Origin: an uncultured archaeon
GTDB lineage: Archaea > Aenigmatarchaeota > Aenigmatarchaeia > CG10238-14 > SCSR01
NCBI GenBank assembly: GCA_964373665.1
Contig: CAYJVM010000004.1
Location: forward strand, 1 to 57,130
Reading direction: 5' to 3'
DNA length: 57,130 bases
The position numbers were made by a program, and so were the translations under genes. Position 1 is the stretch's first letter, and the number at the start of each line of letters is the position of its first letter. The notes beneath the pieces were generated by a model, which had not been told where the DNA came from, did no database searches, and saw nothing but the letters and a program-made list of their open reading frames with translations. This document shows, one piece after another, positions 9,323 to 19,445 of the stretch.

Positions 9323-10492
9323 ATGGATCTTATAAAATCGTTGAAGGATAAAGTAGTAAAATATTCATTTGAAGAGAGTGTATTGACTGTTTCTGAGTTG
9401 ACTTCTACCATAAAAGAAATCTTAGAGTCCAATAATGAATTGAAAAATATAGCAGTTCGTGGTGAAATATCAAATTTAACACAACATAATTCTGGACATA
9501 TATATTTTACACTCAAAGATGAGGAATGCCAAGTTTCTTGTGCATTTTTTAAAGGGCGGAATCAGCATCTAGACTTTAAATTAGAACATGGTATGAAAAT
9601 AATAGCTAAGGGTTCTGTTGAAGTTTATCGTGTCCGTGGTAATTATCAGATAGTTGTAAGAGAAGTCCGCCAAGACGGTGTAGGCGAACTACATAAGAAA
9701 TTCCTTTTACTAAAGGAAAGATTGAGCAAGGAAGGGTTGTTTGACGCAAAATATAAAAAACCTTTACCGGTTTTCCCAAATACTATAGGCATTGTCACTT
9801 CATTGGATGGTGCGGTCTTGCACGATATGGTTAACATAATAGAGAGACGTTGGCCATTTTTAGAAATCGTGATTGCGCCTACAAAAGTTCAGGGCATTGA
9901 TGCTGCTCCCACCATTGTTGAAGGAATTGAACTCCTGAACCAATTGAATGTTGATGTGATTATAATCGGGCGGGGTGGCGGATCCCTTGAGGACTTGTGG
10001 TGTTTTAATGAAGAATCAGTCGCTAGAGCCATATTCAAGTCTAAAATTCCTATTATTTCGGCTGTCGGTCACGAAACCGATTTTTCCATTTCAGATTTCG
10101 TTGCCGATATAAGAGCTGCGACACCTTCTAATGCCGCAGAATTGATTGTTCCAAATGTCAATGATATTAAAGGACAGATCGAGTTGAAAGAACGTATGTT
10201 ATTAAATGGGTTCAAACAACTTTTGCATCAAAATTACCAAGATATAGATACCTTCGAGCAACTCATAACCAGATCCTTTGAGTCACAAATAAAGTTTCTG
10301 TTGCAAGAAGTGGAATATACGAATACACGTTTAAATGATTTAAATCCAAAAGCAATCTTAAAGAGAGGTTATAGTGTGGCTATGAAAAAGGGCGAAATAG
10401 TGAAATCTGCAAGAATGCTTAAAAAGGGCGATACATTAAATACTGTATTACATGAAGGTGAAGTTGAATCTGTAGTTGAGGAAGTTAGGTGA
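9323..10492 (+). CDS. xseA: Exodeoxyribonuclease VII large subunit
   Basis: VRGEISN...SGHIYFTLKD, RGGGSLEDLWCFN, SAVGHETDF and AATPSNAAE motifs. Confidence 0.97.
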   Translation: MDLIKSLKDKVVKYSFEESVLTVSELTSTIKEILESNNELKNIAVRGEISNLTQHNSGHIYFTLKDEECQVSCAFFKGRNQHLDFKLEHGMKIIAKGSVEVYRVRGNYQIVVREVRQDGVGELHKKFLLLKERLSKEGLFDAKYKKPLPVFPNTIGIVTSLDGAVLHDMVNIIERRWPFLEIVIAPTKVQGIDAAPTIVEGIELLNQLNVDVIIIGRGGGSLEDLWCFNEESVARAIFKSKIPIISAVGHETDFSISDFVADIRAATPSNAAELIVPNVNDIKGQIELKERMLLNGFKQLLHQNYQDIDTFEQLITRSFESQIKFLLQEVEYTNTRLNDLNPKAILKRGYSVAMKKGEIVKSARMLKKGDTLNTVLHEGEVESVVEEVR

Positions 10493-10722
10493 TGAATATT
10501 CCTAAAAAGATGGGTTTGTTTGAGGAAAAACTTACACAACTGAAGGAAATTGTATCTGGAATAGAGTCTGGTGATCTTAACCTTGATGAGAATTTAAAAA
10601 AATTCGAGGATGGTTTAAGGCTTTCTAAAGAATGCCAGGATATACTTAAGGAAGCTGAGGTAAAGGTAGGGAAATTAGTTAAAAAATCCGGAAAATTGGA
10701 AGTAGAAGAGTTAGAACTGTAG
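10489..10722 (+). CDS. xseB: Exodeoxyribonuclease VII small subunit
   Basis: FEEKLTQLKEIV...LDENLKKFEDG; directly follows xseA. Confidence 0.93.
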   Translation: MMNIPKKMGLFEEKLTQLKEIVSGIESGDLNLDENLKKFEDGLRLSKECQDILKEAEVKVGKLVKKSGKLEVEELEL

Positions 10723-10732
10723 TTATACCAGG

Positions 10733-10945
10733 TCAATAAGAAGAACTAAGTTCTCTTTTTTTCTTGTACGAGTCTCCGACAAGTTTGAGCATTCCTGAAT
10801 AGTTGAAGACCACAACTAGACGACATTTGTTTTCCGCTAAAATTTTTCCTATACCCACTGCTATCTGCTCTATCTGAGTTTGCGACTTTCCTATTATTTT
10901 GGAGAATTTTTCCATGTTAGCCGGACAGAAAATGCTAACTTTCAT
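10733..10945 (-). pseudogene. Probable N-terminal fragment of a SLOG/LOG-like Rossmann protein
   Basis: IGKILAENKCRLV...GMLKLVGDSYKK resembles a SLOG N-terminus; ORF stops after an A-run and collides with xseB. Confidence 0.4.
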
Positions 10946-11126
10946 AAACTTGAATTATAGTCTTTAAATCTCTTCATAACTCACATCACGCTTTCACTTG
11001 ATAACATTTACAATCTTTCTCCTGTTCCTAAACCCCTTAACTATCTCTACAGGAGACTTGGACATTAAAGTAATCTGCAAGTATATTGAATTTGACGTTA
11101 ATTCATTTTTAGAATATATAATCTAT

Positions 11127-11582
11127 TTATTCAATTCTTACTTCCGGCAAGTACCAACCAACTGATTGGTACACTTTACGCGCTGTTTGGTAACCACGAT
11201 CTGAAAAATCTAATATTCTAACAGGTCGATTGTTTCTTCCAGACTGGTAAAAATAATCCCACACTTCACCCGCTGTTGACGTCCCATTCATATGTCTTTT
11301 TAGAGCATTCAGTGCACGAGTACCAGGCTGTCCGTATTCTTTCCAAGGAAGTTTATCCAGTGGAACACCAGGCAGAACTCGGTTGACCTCAGCGTACAAT
11401 TCTTGAGCATAAACCTCAAGTGGGTCTCCTGCACCACGAAACGTATTTTCAAAGCTATTTGGTGTTTTAATCATAATTCCATTCCTTGCGAAACATACCC
11501 ACTCTAGTAAAGGGTTGTCCGGATCTATTTTACCCAGTATATCATGGTGTCTTGTTGTCTCTTCCACAGGTGAGCCTGTCAT
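11127..11582 (-). CDS. Hypothetical protein
   Basis: Long ORF; ATG at 11582 more likely than the upstream start. Confidence 0.55.
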   Translation of the reverse strand: MTGSPVEETTRHHDILGKIDPDNPLLEWVCFARNGIMIKTPNSFENTFRGAGDPLEVYAQELYAEVNRVLPGVPLDKLPWKEYGQPGTRALNALKRHMNGTSTAGEVWDYFYQSGRNNRPVRILDFSDRGYQTARKVYQSVGWYLPEVRIE

Positions 11583-11681
11583 AAATCTAGTCTGAGAATT
11601 AATCTTTAAATAACCTATGATAAAAATAAAAACTAGAAAAATCACTACTTAATTCAAGCAATATTAGAAAAAGCTGACTAT

Positions 11682-11828
11682 CTAATATTTCTTATGTTTT
11701 TGGTAACAATCCCGGCAGTAAACCGGTCTTCCTTCAACGGGCTTGAACGGTACTGTAGTCTCAGTTCCGCAGTCAGCACAAGTTGCCTTGTGCATTTCCC
11801 TTGACCCGAAGTCTCTTCCGAATGCCAT
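11682..11828 (-). CDS. CxxC-x17-CxxC domain protein
   Basis: REMHKATCADCGTETTVPFKPVEGRPVYCRDCY; GGAGTGAGG RBS. Confidence 0.92.
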   Translation of the reverse strand: MAFGRDFGSREMHKATCADCGTETTVPFKPVEGRPVYCRDCYQKHKKY

Positions 11829-11917
11829 TATCCTCACTCCTTTTGTTTCAAGAATACAGATTTTGTAATCAACCTTTAAAAGGCTATGGCAACAGAGCAC
11901 GTACAACTTTTGGCAAA

Positions 11918-12502
11918 TCAAGAGCTATTCATATCGTGGATAGGTAGAAATGGATGTACTTTCTTTTTATATTGCACGTATTTGCGCCCGAACTTTTTTT
12001 CCATGTCAGCGTCCTCTTTTCTGGCTGAGACTACGAGAAAGGACATCATCACAACACCTCCCATAGCGACGACAACCGATACCGCCAAATGCATGTGGGT
12101 GAATATTGATAGTATGCCGCCGAATGCAAAAACGAATATTCCTGTATACAGCGGATGTCTAATGTGTGAGTAAATGCCAGTTGTCACCAATTTTGTTCTT
12201 TTCAACCTGTAACCAGCCCATGTGTGGTATCTGCCCAAATCCATTTTTGCCTTTATCACAATCAAGGTTCCCACGGATGTCAGAATTAAGGCTATGATGT
12301 CGTAAACGTAGACACTATTCAAGGTGAATATCACGTATGTATACGTTATGAGAAGTATAGGGTAGGAAAGCTTTACTCCGATTAGAATCCTATGGTCTAT
12401 CCATGACTCCATGTGTTTCTTTTTCCTGAAATCCGATATGAATATCGAGAACAAAATAGCTATTACGGCTTGAATCAACTTGAATATTATCAAATCGGCC
12501 AT
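11918..12502 (-). CDS. Isoprenylcysteine carboxyl methyltransferase / PEMT family membrane protein
   Basis: LVTTGIYSHIRHPLYTG and KFGRKYVQYKKKV motifs. Confidence 0.88.
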   Translation of the reverse strand: MADLIIFKLIQAVIAILFSIFISDFRKKKHMESWIDHRILIGVKLSYPILLITYTYVIFTLNSVYVYDIIALILTSVGTLIVIKAKMDLGRYHTWAGYRLKRTKLVTTGIYSHIRHPLYTGIFVFAFGGILSIFTHMHLAVSVVVAMGGVVMMSFLVVSARKEDADMEKKFGRKYVQYKKKVHPFLPIHDMNSS

Positions 12503-12559
12503 TTAACAAATATGGGTTCCTTATATAAAAACTGTTTATGGACTAATCCCAGTTAAGAT

Positions 12560-13828
12560 TTACCTTTCATAAATGACTGCACTAGATGTAAATCCGGTGG
12601 CATTGGATATAGTTTTGCCAGGAAATGCTTCAAACTTCAATTTTCTATCTTCAATCAACTGAGCTAATACAACACCCTGCACTTGACTTCCGCCGACAGC
12701 TTTCAAATCTTTAGCATAACTTCGTCTATCCCAGAATTGTCCTGTTTCATCTTTATAATCATAATCAGTTAGCTCATACTTTACAACTCCATCCAACATG
12801 CTTACAATAGCAGGATTGGGCGAGTTTCCTTTAACTGCAAATTGTTTAGATTCACCATTATAATCGCCGATAGAAACCATTATTAGCGAAGGATCAATTC
12901 CATCGTAAGCAAATGAAAGATGTGTCGCCCAATATTTGCCTTTGTTTCGGTTATCTTCTGTTCCTTCATATCCATTAGTGTTTTCAACAAACCAGTTACC
13001 TACAAGCCTTCCGTCAATGTCGTAATCGATTTTACCGGCTCTAGGCTCTACTTGTCTAATATTCTTTTCAAGTAACTGGCTTTTGATTGGCTCGACAAAA
13101 TATGCAAACATATCAACCGTATGAATCTTCCATGACTCACCTTTGTAATTCTCCGGTACAATAAATCCTTCCAAAATCACATCGTCATCATGTACACTAA
13201 AATCAAATGCGTTAGCTCTTCCGATAACTTCATCTCCTATGACAGGAATATTCGTGTTCTTGGTCATTGTTGAAAACTCTCCTACTTCTTTCGCGATTTT
13301 TGGCGATAATTCTTTGACGTGAATGTAAATCGTATAGAATGTGCATGTATGATGTATGATTAATCTATAGTCCCCCTGCCTTCCTCCGACCAGCTGTACT
13401 GTTGTTATTACGCCGTCAGCAGGAGCAAGAACATCCTTGAATTCGGCCGGATTATCCTCTGGTTTCCAATTTGGAGGATAGTAATATCCATGATCAGTAG
13501 GTGTCACATGCCCACTGTCTGCATTAATTAAACCGATTGGCTTAATTAGTTCTATATTTTCCAACTTTCTTGGCGGTGAAGTGAAATTGACCGTACCTTT
13601 ACCTGTGCATCCGAATGGTCCGGAATATTTAGTAGACGGTGGAAATGCTTCCCTGTATGATGGTGTTTCTGATTTTTGGTCTGGTTGAGATTGTGAAGGT
13701 GTTGTTTGTTGCTCCTGGTTTCCATAATCTTTAACAGTAGAGTTTTGAAAAGAGTAGAGGCCTATGCCAACTATGGCAATGACTATTACAGCTATTATTG
13801 CTGCGGAAATTCCTTTGGTCATTAACAC
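12560..13828 (-). CDS. Membrane-anchored/secreted protein with M23-peptidase-like segment
   Basis: N-terminal TM; HVTPTDH, VLAPADGVI and YTIYIHV resemble the M23 fold. Confidence 0.6.
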   Translation of the reverse strand: MLMTKGISAAIIAVIVIAIVGIGLYSFQNSTVKDYGNQEQQTTPSQSQPDQKSETPSYREAFPPSTKYSGPFGCTGKGTVNFTSPPRKLENIELIKPIGLINADSGHVTPTDHGYYYPPNWKPEDNPAEFKDVLAPADGVITTVQLVGGRQGDYRLIIHHTCTFYTIYIHVKELSPKIAKEVGEFSTMTKNTNIPVIGDEVIGRANAFDFSVHDDDVILEGFIVPENYKGESWKIHTVDMFAYFVEPIKSQLLEKNIRQVEPRAGKIDYDIDGRLVGNWFVENTNGYEGTEDNRNKGKYWATHLSFAYDGIDPSLIMVSIGDYNGESKQFAVKGNSPNPAIVSMLDGVVKYELTDYDYKDETGQFWDRRSYAKDLKAVGGSQVQGVVLAQLIEDRKLKFEAFPGKTISNATGFTSSAVIYER

Positions 13829-13879
13829 TAATTGGAGTTTCTATAAAATGTAGCCAACTAGGTTTGTCTGGAAGAGTAG

Positions 13880-14548
13880 TTATCCTTTCTGGATATTTTT
13901 GGCATTCTTCAGCTCAAAAACTTGAGCAATATCATATCCTAGATCTTCTGCAAATGCAAGAGCTGTTTTCATGTCTTCGGACTTTCCAGTTGTGTTCCAC
14001 CGGTTTATTGCATCAAGCATTCTGTTTTCCATAAAACTTCTGTCGACCTCAATCACAGAGCCACCATGCCATTCTTCTGGGCTGTCCAGGCGGATGTAAT
14101 TTTCTCTCATGAAATTCAGTGCACGCACGCACCGATTAAAATTGTCCGACAGCAAGTAAAAGGTATCATCACTTAGTCTATTAGCTACATACAGGTAAGA
14201 CCGTTTGCCAGCGCTTGCATACATGCTAATACCTCCATTTCTTTCAACCCTTTCTGGAAACAGGCCTCCCATGAACAGAGTATAATCCCCTATGTGGTGG
14301 TATATTCTTGTCCTAGTATTTGCATCAGACTCCCTTGCCCTACTAATCAATTCAGAGACGTATTCCGTACTAAAGTCGGGTTCGTTTGCTAAAGGTGAAT
14401 ACAGTGCATTTGCATTTCTGAACCCATTCAACATCCCTACTACATAACCTATGATTCCTTGGTTATCGAAGCCTATTTCTCTAAACGAGCGTGCAGTTGT
14501 TTCTAAAAACAATTCTGTTGTTGATTTGACCGATACAACGTCTGACAT
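13880..14548 (-). CDS. Conserved hypothetical protein
   Basis: HIGDYTLFMGGLFPE...YASAGKRSY resembles an uncharacterised, mainly bacterial family. Confidence 0.6.
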   Translation of the reverse strand: MSDVVSVKSTTELFLETTARSFREIGFDNQGIIGYVVGMLNGFRNANALYSPLANEPDFSTEYVSELISRARESDANTRTRIYHHIGDYTLFMGGLFPERVERNGGISMYASAGKRSYLYVANRLSDDTFYLLSDNFNRCVRALNFMRENYIRLDSPEEWHGGSVIEVDRSFMENRMLDAINRWNTTGKSEDMKTALAFAEDLGYDIAQVFELKNAKNIQKG

Positions 14549-14613
14549 TTCTTTAGATAATTTGTTGGTAAAGAATTAATATTACTCCTATAACAAATTC
14601 TACATTAGTATAC

Positions 14614-15213
14614 ATGGGGAAAAAGAAGAAATTCAATTATTACATATTGGCTGTGCCTATAGCAGTATTCCTTTTCCTAGTTTTTCAATTCTACTTTTTG
14701 ATGAACAATGAAGCAGCGATAAGGGAAGTTGAGGTATTCGAGATGCCGCACTATCATGCGCATTTTGACTTTAAAGTTGTACTCGATGGAGAGAAGGTTG
14801 ATTTTAACAAACCTGAGTATGACGTTGCCAACATATACATGCACTTGCATCTGAGGAATCCGGACGGCGATAAGATTATGCATATCGAGGGGATGGAAAA
14901 TGTTACGTTGAATCTGTTTTTCGAAAGCTTGGGAATGGAATTTAACGCAACATGCTTTATTATAGACATGCAGAGTTTTTGCAACAGTTTCGACAAAAGC
15001 GTAAGGTTTTTCGTGAACGGCGAGGAGAATTTCCAGTTTGACTTTTACGAGCCAAGAGACTTGGACAGGGTTCTGATAATTTACGGCAGTTATTCTGAGG
15101 ATGAGATTAAAGGGCATGTTAATAGCGTAACCAATTTCGCATGTATTTACTCAGGTAAATGCCCCGAAAGAATAAAAGAATTGCCTGTACCTGAACATGA
15201 ACTGATTTTCTAG
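14614..15213 (+). CDS. Membrane-anchored His-rich hypothetical protein
   Basis: N-terminal TM; HYHAHFD, HLH and HIE motifs; Cys pairs. Confidence 0.65.
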   Translation: MGKKKKFNYYILAVPIAVFLFLVFQFYFLMNNEAAIREVEVFEMPHYHAHFDFKVVLDGEKVDFNKPEYDVANIYMHLHLRNPDGDKIMHIEGMENVTLNLFFESLGMEFNATCFIIDMQSFCNSFDKSVRFFVNGEENFQFDFYEPRDLDRVLIIYGSYSEDEIKGHVNSVTNFACIYSGKCPERIKELPVPEHELIF

Positions 15214-15277
15214 TTTCTCGATACAGTAAGGTTGAAATATTTCATATTATAAATTAAAACTGGTGCTAAACTGAGAT

Positions 15278-15505
15278 TTGTATAGAAGAGACTTGAATGA
15301 AACTACAGAAAGGTACGTTATGGCCTTGGAAGATATCTTAGATTTGCCTATTCATCTTGCCAGAATAGTGGAAGACCTTGATAATTGCGGTGGCTATTCC
15401 TTACTGAATACTAGTATAGGCGTTGATTCGGATAGAATAAAAAAACAGCTAGAAACCCTTTACGATATAAGAAGGTATTTGGAAGGTTTTTGGCAGTCAA
15501 AGTGA
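15278..15505 (+). CDS. Hypothetical protein
   Basis: 75-aa ORF with a GGTG RBS-like element upstream. Confidence 0.4.
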   Translation: MYRRDLNETTERYVMALEDILDLPIHLARIVEDLDNCGGYSLLNTSIGVDSDRIKKQLETLYDIRRYLEGFWQSK

Positions 15506-15689
15506 ACGATTTACTTGGCTTTGCCAAGGATTTTGGCAACCTTAGTCCCGCAAACAGCGCAAGTGCCTTTAACAATCCTTATTCTCTTTTCATTAACAGT
15601 TTCCTGGGGATTGTTGACGTCCCTCTTTGTTTTGCACTTCATGCAATATGCGTCCATTCTCATAAATACGGTTTTCAGTGATTTAAATA

Positions 15690-16586
15690 TTACTCAAGAC
15701 CTCTTGTTATCCTTTCCAAGTCCATTGCATCCTCCTCAGATATGGAAGGGACTGTCCTATGCACGGATTCTTCATATTGCTCATCCAAGCCCTTGAGATA
15801 ACTCCGCATTGCCATGCTATTCGCAGCGTGTTCTTCCAAGAGACGCATTAGACCTTCTATGCCTTCAGCGCTTGTATCTTCCAGTTCCGCCAAGTCAAAC
15901 TTAATACCTGACACTCTAGAAATCTTTCTCAACAAATCGTAGACAGACCTATTATCCGGATTTATAGTATATTTACGGTGTGGATCATCCGGGTTGGTAA
16001 GATGCGGCACAGCTGCACGCAGCATCAGCGTATCCAGTCCTTTTTTTCTGGAATGATGTTGTACCAGATACCCTATTTCACCGAGACTATGGTGGTTTAA
16101 AGGCTTGATGCCGTATTCATCGAAAACTTCTTTATTTACATCGGATGCCCCATATATCATTCTCTCCTTGTTCGGTGGAACCTCTGAATTTATACCGCCG
16201 ACAATCACTAGTCTCTCGACTCCAATACTCTGCGCCGCCGATATCAGAATGTTTGCATATTTATGCGGCTGCATGTAAGGCGTGTCGCCCAAGAATATGA
16301 CAATCCCACTGTCGTCGACTTTAGCATAGTGAAAAGTATTCTCAGGCCCTGTATGGTAGTTAATCTCTCGGCCGTCTTTATATTCTATGACTGGAGTTAC
16401 CAAATCTCGATCAAACAAATAGAATTCGTCGTATCCTTCTATCTTTCCGAGTCTGCGTGGTCTTAATTTCTTAAATAAATACTTCGGCAATGCCGAAGAC
16501 ACTGAACCTGGGTCTTCTCCATCAAAGCCAGCTATCATCAGCTTAGGCCCTGACGGTATATCCCTCAAACGGCGAAATCTTGCCAT
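15690..16586 (-). CDS. PAC2 family (proteasome assembly chaperone-like) protein
   Basis: MIAGFDG, GVERLVIVGGINSEVP, LRAAVPH and FDLAELE motifs. Confidence 0.75.
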   Translation of the reverse strand: MARFRRLRDIPSGPKLMIAGFDGEDPGSVSSALPKYLFKKLRPRRLGKIEGYDEFYLFDRDLVTPVIEYKDGREINYHTGPENTFHYAKVDDSGIVIFLGDTPYMQPHKYANILISAAQSIGVERLVIVGGINSEVPPNKERMIYGASDVNKEVFDEYGIKPLNHHSLGEIGYLVQHHSRKKGLDTLMLRAAVPHLTNPDDPHRKYTINPDNRSVYDLLRKISRVSGIKFDLAELEDTSAEGIEGLMRLLEEHAANSMAMRSYLKGLDEQYEESVHRTVPSISEEDAMDLERITRGLE

Positions 16587-16609
16587 AATATATTATCAGG
16601 GGAAAACTA

Positions 16610-17158
16610 TTAAAGTGTCTTCCACTTTATGGAGCATCCCATTGAAGGAAGGAAATGTTCTTCAACATTTTCTCCATTCAAAAGCTTTGTAATATTGTCT
16701 TCCATTATGTTTTCCGTGGGTTCGTCGTCCAATGTGAGCGCATCATTTATCCTCCCATGATAGACTAGCTTCATTTCTTTATCGAAAAGGAAAGGGTCTG
16801 GTGTGCACGTGGCGCCGTAAGACTTGGCCACCTGTTGCGTATCGTCAATCAAATATGCGAAATCAATCCCCATCTCAGATGAGAAAGCTTTCATGTTCTC
16901 GAACCCTTCGCCTGGATATTCCAGATCATTGCTGTTTATTCCAACGACAGGAACATTGCCTTTGAACTTTTCATACAAAGCCTTTATGGCGCCAAGCCTG
17001 GCCTTGACATACGGGCAATGATTGCACATGAACACTATCATTGCCCCTTCTGGGCCTGCCAAGTCTTTTAAGGAATGCATACCGCCATCAATTCCTTTCA
17101 ATTTGAAATCCGGCGCACTATCTCCCACGCCCAATTTCATCTGTGACTCTATAACCAT
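16610..17158 (-). CDS. Thioredoxin-fold AhpC/TSA family protein
   Basis: FMCNHCPYV, YGATCTPDPF and GCSIKW motifs. Confidence 0.93.
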   Translation of the reverse strand: MVIESQMKLGVGDSAPDFKLKGIDGGMHSLKDLAGPEGAMIVFMCNHCPYVKARLGAIKALYEKFKGNVPVVGINSNDLEYPGEGFENMKAFSSEMGIDFAYLIDDTQQVAKSYGATCTPDPFLFDKEMKLVYHGRINDALTLDDEPTENIMEDNITKLLNGENVEEHFLPSMGCSIKWKTL

Positions 17159-17208
17159 GGAATTAGATTGTCTGCGGTTATTTAAATCTGAATGCGTTAC
17201 TTCATCTT

Positions 17209-17532
17209 ATGAAATTCTGCCAGAAATGCGGGAACATAATGAAAGTGCAGGCTGATGATGGTGGAAAGTTTCTTTTCTGCAGGTCTTGCGGGATCAAGGA
17301 AAAGCTTGAAGGCAGGATTGAACTATACAACGCCAGGAAGATGGAGAAAAAGGAGGTTCTGGTGCTGAAGGACTTGAAAGAAGAGTTTCCCGTCACCGCG
17401 ATATTGTGCCCCAAGTGCGAGGTCTTGCGGGAAGCTTACTGGACTATGCAACAAACTAGAGGCGGGGACGAGCCACCTACAAGGTTCTACCAGTGCAAGA
17501 CGTGCAACTGGAGATGGAGAGAATACAGCTGA
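17209..17532 (+). CDS. tfs: Transcription factor S (TFS / RpoM family)
   Basis: Two Zn ribbons; QTRGGDEPPTRFYQCKTC with the catalytic DE. Confidence 0.93.
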   Translation: MKFCQKCGNIMKVQADDGGKFLFCRSCGIKEKLEGRIELYNARKMEKKEVLVLKDLKEEFPVTAILCPKCEVLREAYWTMQQTRGGDEPPTRFYQCKTCNWRWREYS

Positions 17533-17593
17533 AGGAAATGAACCCTGGTTATCTTTATCTAAACTATGCATTCAATTATAGTAGGCGATTTTT

Positions 17594-18256
17594 ATCATAG
17601 ACTTTGACAAGCTCATTGAAACGCACATAAAGCGGGACAGAAAGCCAAAAGAGATAGGGCGCTACTACCCATCTGAGATCGGCAATTGCATAAGGAAAGT
17701 GTGGTACTCATACAAGCGCCCGATGGAGACCGATACCGATAGTTTGAAAATTTTTGAGATTGGAAACTTGTTGCATGACTTTGTCTTCCATGTCTTCAAG
17801 AACGAGAAGAACGCCCACAAAATAAAATTCATCGAAGCTGAGCTGCCGGTAAAGATGGACTTTAAGGATTTTCTGGTTTCCGGTAGGCTGGATGATGTCG
17901 TAGTAGCTGTTGAAGACAGTAGGAAGATGATAATCGAGGTCAAGTCTGTCGCAGACGTAAGGAGAATGGACAAGCCAAACAAAAACCACGTTATGCAATT
18001 GCAGTTTTACATGCACGCCACCGGCATTAAAGATGGTATAGTGCTTTACATCGACAAGAAGAACCTCAAGACAAAGGCCTTTGAAATAGCCTACGACGAA
18101 AAACACAGCAAGGATATAGTGAAAAGGTTCTCTATACTGCACAAGCTTCTCACCAGCGATGTCCTGCCCATAGACGAGGCCAAGCAATCGGAAGAGACCT
18201 TATGGATGTGCGGCATGTGCGAGTATAGGAGCAAGTGTGATAGGAATGAAAAGTGA
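17594..18256 (+). CDS. Cas4-like PD-(D/E)xK nuclease with 4-Cys Fe-S motif; likely non-canonical (ATC) start
   Basis: YYPSEIGNCIRK lies upstream of GTG 17699; GRLDD, IEVKS, QLQFYM and CGMCEYRSKC motifs. Confidence 0.8.
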   Translation: MIDFDKLIETHIKRDRKPKEIGRYYPSEIGNCIRKVWYSYKRPMETDTDSLKIFEIGNLLHDFVFHVFKNEKNAHKIKFIEAELPVKMDFKDFLVSGRLDDVVVAVEDSRKMIIEVKSVADVRRMDKPNKNHVMQLQFYMHATGIKDGIVLYIDKKNLKTKAFEIAYDEKHSKDIVKRFSILHKLLTSDVLPIDEAKQSEETLWMCGMCEYRSKCDRNEK

Positions 18257-19206
18257 ATAAATTCTTAAAGCACTATAGTGATATCATGGAACATCTAATG
18301 AAATTCAATGCGGTCAACAACATGCTCGGCGAACTGAAGCTTTTGACTAGAAGCGATAATACTGCCAAGACCTATATGAAGGGCGTGAATCTTTTTGTAA
18401 AGACAATGGAGATAGATGATTTGGACGTGTTTGTGGAAAAACTTAAGGTCAAGTCTATAGATCCAGATGAAGTCTACAAGAGCTTTGTAATAAACTTGGC
18501 GAACAAGAACATGGCCCCGAAAACTGTGGGGGCTTGGGGGGCTTCCGTGAGAAAATTCTTCACGTCCAATGGCATAGAGTTGAAGAGGACTGTGCCCATG
18601 AAGATGTACAATGTGCATGAAGACACGCTGCCGTCAAAGGCGGATTTGAAAAATATTTTGGGGGACTGTAGCATGCGGGCAAAGTGTATCATTATTCTTC
18701 TGGTGTCATCTGGCCTTAGGGTTGGTGAACTAAGAAATTTGAAAATGTCGGACATTGATCTAAACTCCACACCTGGAACTATCAGAGTGAAGGGAATCAC
18801 TGCGAAAGAGAGGAAGGCTAGGCTGACTTTTATCTCGGACGAGTCGAAAAAGGTCTTGCAGTCATATTTGGACCACCGGAAAAACAATGGTCACCAAATC
18901 ACCGCGGACGTTCATGTGTTCGCAACTCATGGCGGGACCCAGATGAGCTACCAGAATCTGCAATTCATTCTGAACAATGTTTTCAGAAAAGTGAGCAAAA
19001 AAGTAGGTAAGCGGTATGAGCTGCATGCGCATTCGCTGAGGAAATTCTTCAAGACGCAGATGATAGACGCGGGCGTCCCTGGGCCGATAGTAGACAGGCT
19101 GACAGGGCATGCTAGATATCTTGCGCAGGAGTATGAGCTTTATACAGAAGACCAGTTGAAGGAATGGTACTTGAAGGGTGTTAAGAACTTGGAATTGTTG
19201 AGTTAG
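18253..19206 (+). CDS. Tyrosine recombinase (XerA/integrase family)
   Basis: SGLRVGEL, HAHSLRKFFKT and LTGH...Y motifs. Confidence 0.92.
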   Translation: MNKFLKHYSDIMEHLMKFNAVNNMLGELKLLTRSDNTAKTYMKGVNLFVKTMEIDDLDVFVEKLKVKSIDPDEVYKSFVINLANKNMAPKTVGAWGASVRKFFTSNGIELKRTVPMKMYNVHEDTLPSKADLKNILGDCSMRAKCIIILLVSSGLRVGELRNLKMSDIDLNSTPGTIRVKGITAKERKARLTFISDESKKVLQSYLDHRKNNGHQITADVHVFATHGGTQMSYQNLQFILNNVFRKVSKKVGKRYELHAHSLRKFFKTQMIDAGVPGPIVDRLTGHARYLAQEYELYTEDQLKEWYLKGVKNLELLS

Positions 19207-19433
19207 TCTTCATCCTCGTTTTCGTCTGCATCGGCTTTAATCGCCTTTTCAATCTCAGGATAAGCCTCTTCGCCCTTTGATTCCTCCTCTTCTATCCCCA
19301 GCCCCTCTGAAGTCTCGTGTACATCCTCACTCAGTTCCTTCTCTATCTCCTGGAACTGCTCTTCAGTGTACTTGTCCGGCTCTTTCATCATTTGCTCATA
19401 TTTTTTTAGAAGTTTGCCTTTATTCTCAGTCAT
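19203..19433 (-). CDS. Small acidic hypothetical protein
   Basis: 76-aa Glu-rich ORF co-oriented with the upstream wHTH gene. Confidence 0.5.
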   Translation of the reverse strand: MTENKGKLLKKYEQMMKEPDKYTEEQFQEIEKELSEDVHETSEGLGIEEEESKGEEAYPEIEKAIKADADENEDED

Positions 19434-19445
19434 AAGAACCAGAAT

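Noticed and set aside
18253..19206. Integrase marking a provirus or integrated element
   Set aside because: No adjacent tRNA, att duplication or viral/plasmid genes; flanked by core genes.
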